DNA of 64,000 nucleotides from Takakia lepidozioides. Its lineage: Eukaryota > Plantae > Bryophyta. This document shows positions 60,996 through 64,000 of the stretch, piece by piece. The stretch lies in assembly GCA_030704615.1 (NCBI GenBank), contig CM060733.1, positions 63,922,001 to 63,986,000 on the forward strand, in the 5' to 3' direction. The notes beneath the pieces were generated by a model. The model searched no databases. It was not told the origin of the DNA and was given only the letters and a program-made list of their open reading frames with translations. Positions within the stretch are counted from its first letter, which is position 1. Each line of letters opens with the position of its first letter. The position numbers were made by a program, and so were the translations under genes.

Positions 60996-61218
60996 TCTCA
61001 TCACGTGCAAAAATCCTAGTGTGTACACTCAATGGTGCAACCGACCACCTGTCCCTGTAATTGACAGGCTCATCATATTCGAACATCGAGGGTGAGGACG
61101 GTGCGACACATGAATAAGATGGAAGATGGAAAGATGGAAATATATTTACAAGAAATGAGCTGAAAAGCTCACAAGGGTTCAGTAGGCTAACCCTGGGACC
61201 TACATGAACTAGGACTAC

Positions 61219-61900
61219 ACCATGGACCTCTTTGCACTTTTCCAGGGCTGTCAGGCTTGCACACGCATTGCAAACGCAAACAAACGTGATGTGGTTGGGC
61301 TTCACCCCCTTCGCACATCATTTGCTCATAGGTCTCCAAAGCCTCCATCCCGCACCCTTGTTGTGCATATCTTACAATCATCGCACTCCACGACACCACA
61401 TCTCGTTCAGCCATATTGTCGAACACTCCCTTCATACATGTCCGCAAGAGTATTGTTTAGAATGACATTTGGTACAACTGCAGCTTTGACCATGTTGCCA
61501 TGGACCTCTTTGACTTTTTCCAGAGCTGCCAGGCTTGCACACGCATTGCAAATGCACAGAAACGTGATGTGGTCGGGCTTCACCCCTTCCCCCATCATTT
61601 GATCATAGGTCTACAAAGCCTCCATACCACGTCCCTGCTGTGGATACCCTGCAAGCATCGTGTTCCATGACACCACATCTCGTTCAGCCATAGTGTTCAA
61701 AACTCCCTTCGCATCCTTAACGCACCCACATTTGGCATACATGTCCACCAGGGTAGTGTTCATAATGACATCTGGTACAATTCCAGCTTTGACGATGTCA
61801 TCATGGACCTCTTTCCCCTTTTCCAGGGCTCCCAGGCTTGCACACGCATTGCAAACACAAATGAAGGTGATGTGGTTGGGCTTCACCCCTTCGCGCATCC
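61219..61900 (-). pseudogene. PLS-PPR repeats
   Basis: EGVKPNHITFICVCNACASLGALEKGKEVHDDIVKAGIVPDVIMNTTLVDMYAKCG..VVSWNTMLAGY. Confidence 0.88.
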
Positions 61901-63269
61901 TTTTCCTCGATGCACCCACATTTTGCCTCAAGCTAATTCATAGCAAAATTCACAGGGAACAACAATTCCTCTGTTGGTGAATTTGCAGGTGATGTGCTAT
62001 CAGGAAGTGGAGGGGCATAGGCCCATCACACGGGTGATGGTTAGCCCGCCTCCACACTAGACAAGAGCATTCATGCCAGGCTTTTTTTGCCTAGACACAT
62101 ACTTGGTGTGCCTGACATCCTACTTTATAAGCCCCTTAATGCCCCATCACTTCCCCCCCTCGCTAGAGGCTCTCTGCAAACAAATCACCCACCCTAGCTG
62201 CTCCATCCTATCAACGATTATGAGAATAACACCCCCTTAATGGCCAAAACACCGAAATGGATTAATGCTCCCCCTTGATCCAGTTATCACCACCACTCCC
62301 AACTTAAACCAACAACGGCTACCACCCCCACACCACAGCCCCAAAGGCCATACAAAGCACATAGTAAGCCCCTATCCACTGGCAAAGCTTCATCACCATC
62401 TGGCACACTGTTCCCTTCCCATTACACACCCCCTCAATTACAAGCCTCACAGCCGCCGCTGAGGCCCAAATAGTTAACGACCCCAATTAATACATCAACA
62501 TGCCCCCGCCGTCCGAAGCAACGCAGCCTCCTCCAAATCTTTCCTACATATAGGCTGCTGCTTCAATGTCATACCCACACTCCCTCCCCCACTCCACCTC
62601 CAGCAGCTCCTCCCAAATTCGCAACGCCCACTGCTCGCAATCTACCATCCCCTTTCTCTCTTTCACAGTTACCAACTGTCGACTTTCACTCACGCATGAC
62701 TAGCTACAAACTAGGTAGTATCCAGAAACGTGCTGGTAGCATACAGAAAAGCCCCCGCCCATCTCCTACCATAGATACCCGTAGTAAGAAGACCTGCTCT
62801 TGCTCACTCTCTGCTTCCCACTCCATGGACAAGGACCACGACATGGATTCTCACCTAGAAGAAGGCATGGACGCTAGTGATATGCACCCGTCGGACGAAC
62901 TTTTCTTTGCAGTGGAGAAGTCCATTTAAAACGTAGCCAAATTCGGACTGGGTCAAGTCACCCGGACTGTAGTTACACTCCCTTGAGTTCCATGTCACTC
63001 TTAAGAGAGGGTGTGGAAGATTCAATATGCCGCATACCAGCCTACTCTCTTGTTGAAATCACATACATTATCATAGGATTCTCCATTTTATGTGTTGTTT
63101 TGCCTTTTGGTAGTAATAATAAAGTTTTTGGGTGTATTAAAGGTATTGAATCTCCGTGTTTTTATTTCTGGCGAAATTTCTCCTCATCCTCATTCTCAGT
63201 GGCGGACTCAGAGCTATCCGATGAGCCTGATGACTCCGCGCCCTTTGCCAGAGCACCTAAATGAGGAGG

Positions 63270-64000
63270 TGAGGAATTGGCAATGTGGTCATTGACCAAA
63301 AATTTCCAGCATCCTCTTTCTGGTCCAAGAAAGCGCGGTATCCATTTTCCAAGGATGGCCACTATCTGTATTTCAGGATCCAGCACCCCCAGCCCTCCTT
63401 TTTTTTTTGGTAAACAGATCTGTATCCAAGCTACCTGTGGTCTCTTGTTGTGAACGGAGCATTCTGCTCCCTATATGAAGTTCCGGAGGAGACGTCTGAT
63501 TTCTTGCATCTCTTTAGAGTTTGGGCGCCATGAGGAGGCATAGTACCATAGACCAGCTGAATGAATCTGATTCACAACTAAGGCTCTTCCAACGAGAGAG
63601 AGATGTTTTGACCCCCAGTAGGTCAATTTTCTCTTTAGCTTGGTTAATGTAGAGGCAAAGATTTGCTGGTCTGTGAGGTTAATTCCAAAGGTATATCCTA
63701 ACAAGGTGGTTGTTTCGCCAGGCTAGAGCCAACTGAGACCCTGATCCACCCCCCAAGAGGGTGGTGAGCCTATAGTTGATGCCGTTAGGTCACCAACGAG
63801 CAAGCTAGAAGTTTTGTTCCAATTAATTTTGAATCCCGAGGCTTTGCAAAAGGTACGCAGAGTATGTCCTGCTTGGTCCAAGTTTTTTGACGTCGCTTGC
63901 AGCATTAAAATGGTGTCATCTACGAACATAGAGTCGGTCAGCTAGGTGTACTGGCCCGTGATATAGTTTGAGACCCTAAGGCCTGTTATGAATTGGTTTT
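63270..64000 (-). pseudogene. L1-type reverse transcriptase fragment, running off the window end
   Basis: MFVDDT (FADD equivalent), FCKASGFKINWNKT, LGYTFG, WGSKHLSLVGRALVVN, VAWIQICLPKKKGGLGVLD. Confidence 0.85.

Overview
Repeat-rich nuclear DNA from a land plant, probably non-seed (inferred from the abundant PLS-PPR fragments and the transposon types). No intact host gene is visible. The backbone is a shattered, multiply inverted cluster of PLS-class PPR / E / DYW pseudogene fragments. Several of these carry an N-terminal OSB-type PDF motif (WWDNR..K..P..PDFKHK), and in one copy that motif runs in frame into the first PPR helix. Inserted into the cluster are: (i) a 14,030-bp hAT element (13195-27224, 8-bp TSD TTGCAGGG, empty site visible in a paralog) carrying a degenerate protein kinase, a long coiled-coil/RING-H2 ORF, two fold-backs and three arrays of GCGACCGCC..GGCGGTCGC palindromes; (ii) a nest of Ty3/gypsy elements: a full-length chromovirus inside the LTR of a PHD-finger gypsy element, plus a second truncated chromovirus copy containing a solo LTR; (iii) a TTAA-flanked piggyBac-like MITE, a tRNA-derived SINE, L1 fragments, Helitron-like 3' ends and further LTR remnants. 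The strongest novelty candidates are the PDF-PPR-DYW architecture and the cargo-laden giant hAT. All calls come from reading the sequence; no database searches were run, and boundaries not fixed by a TSD or TIR are approximate.
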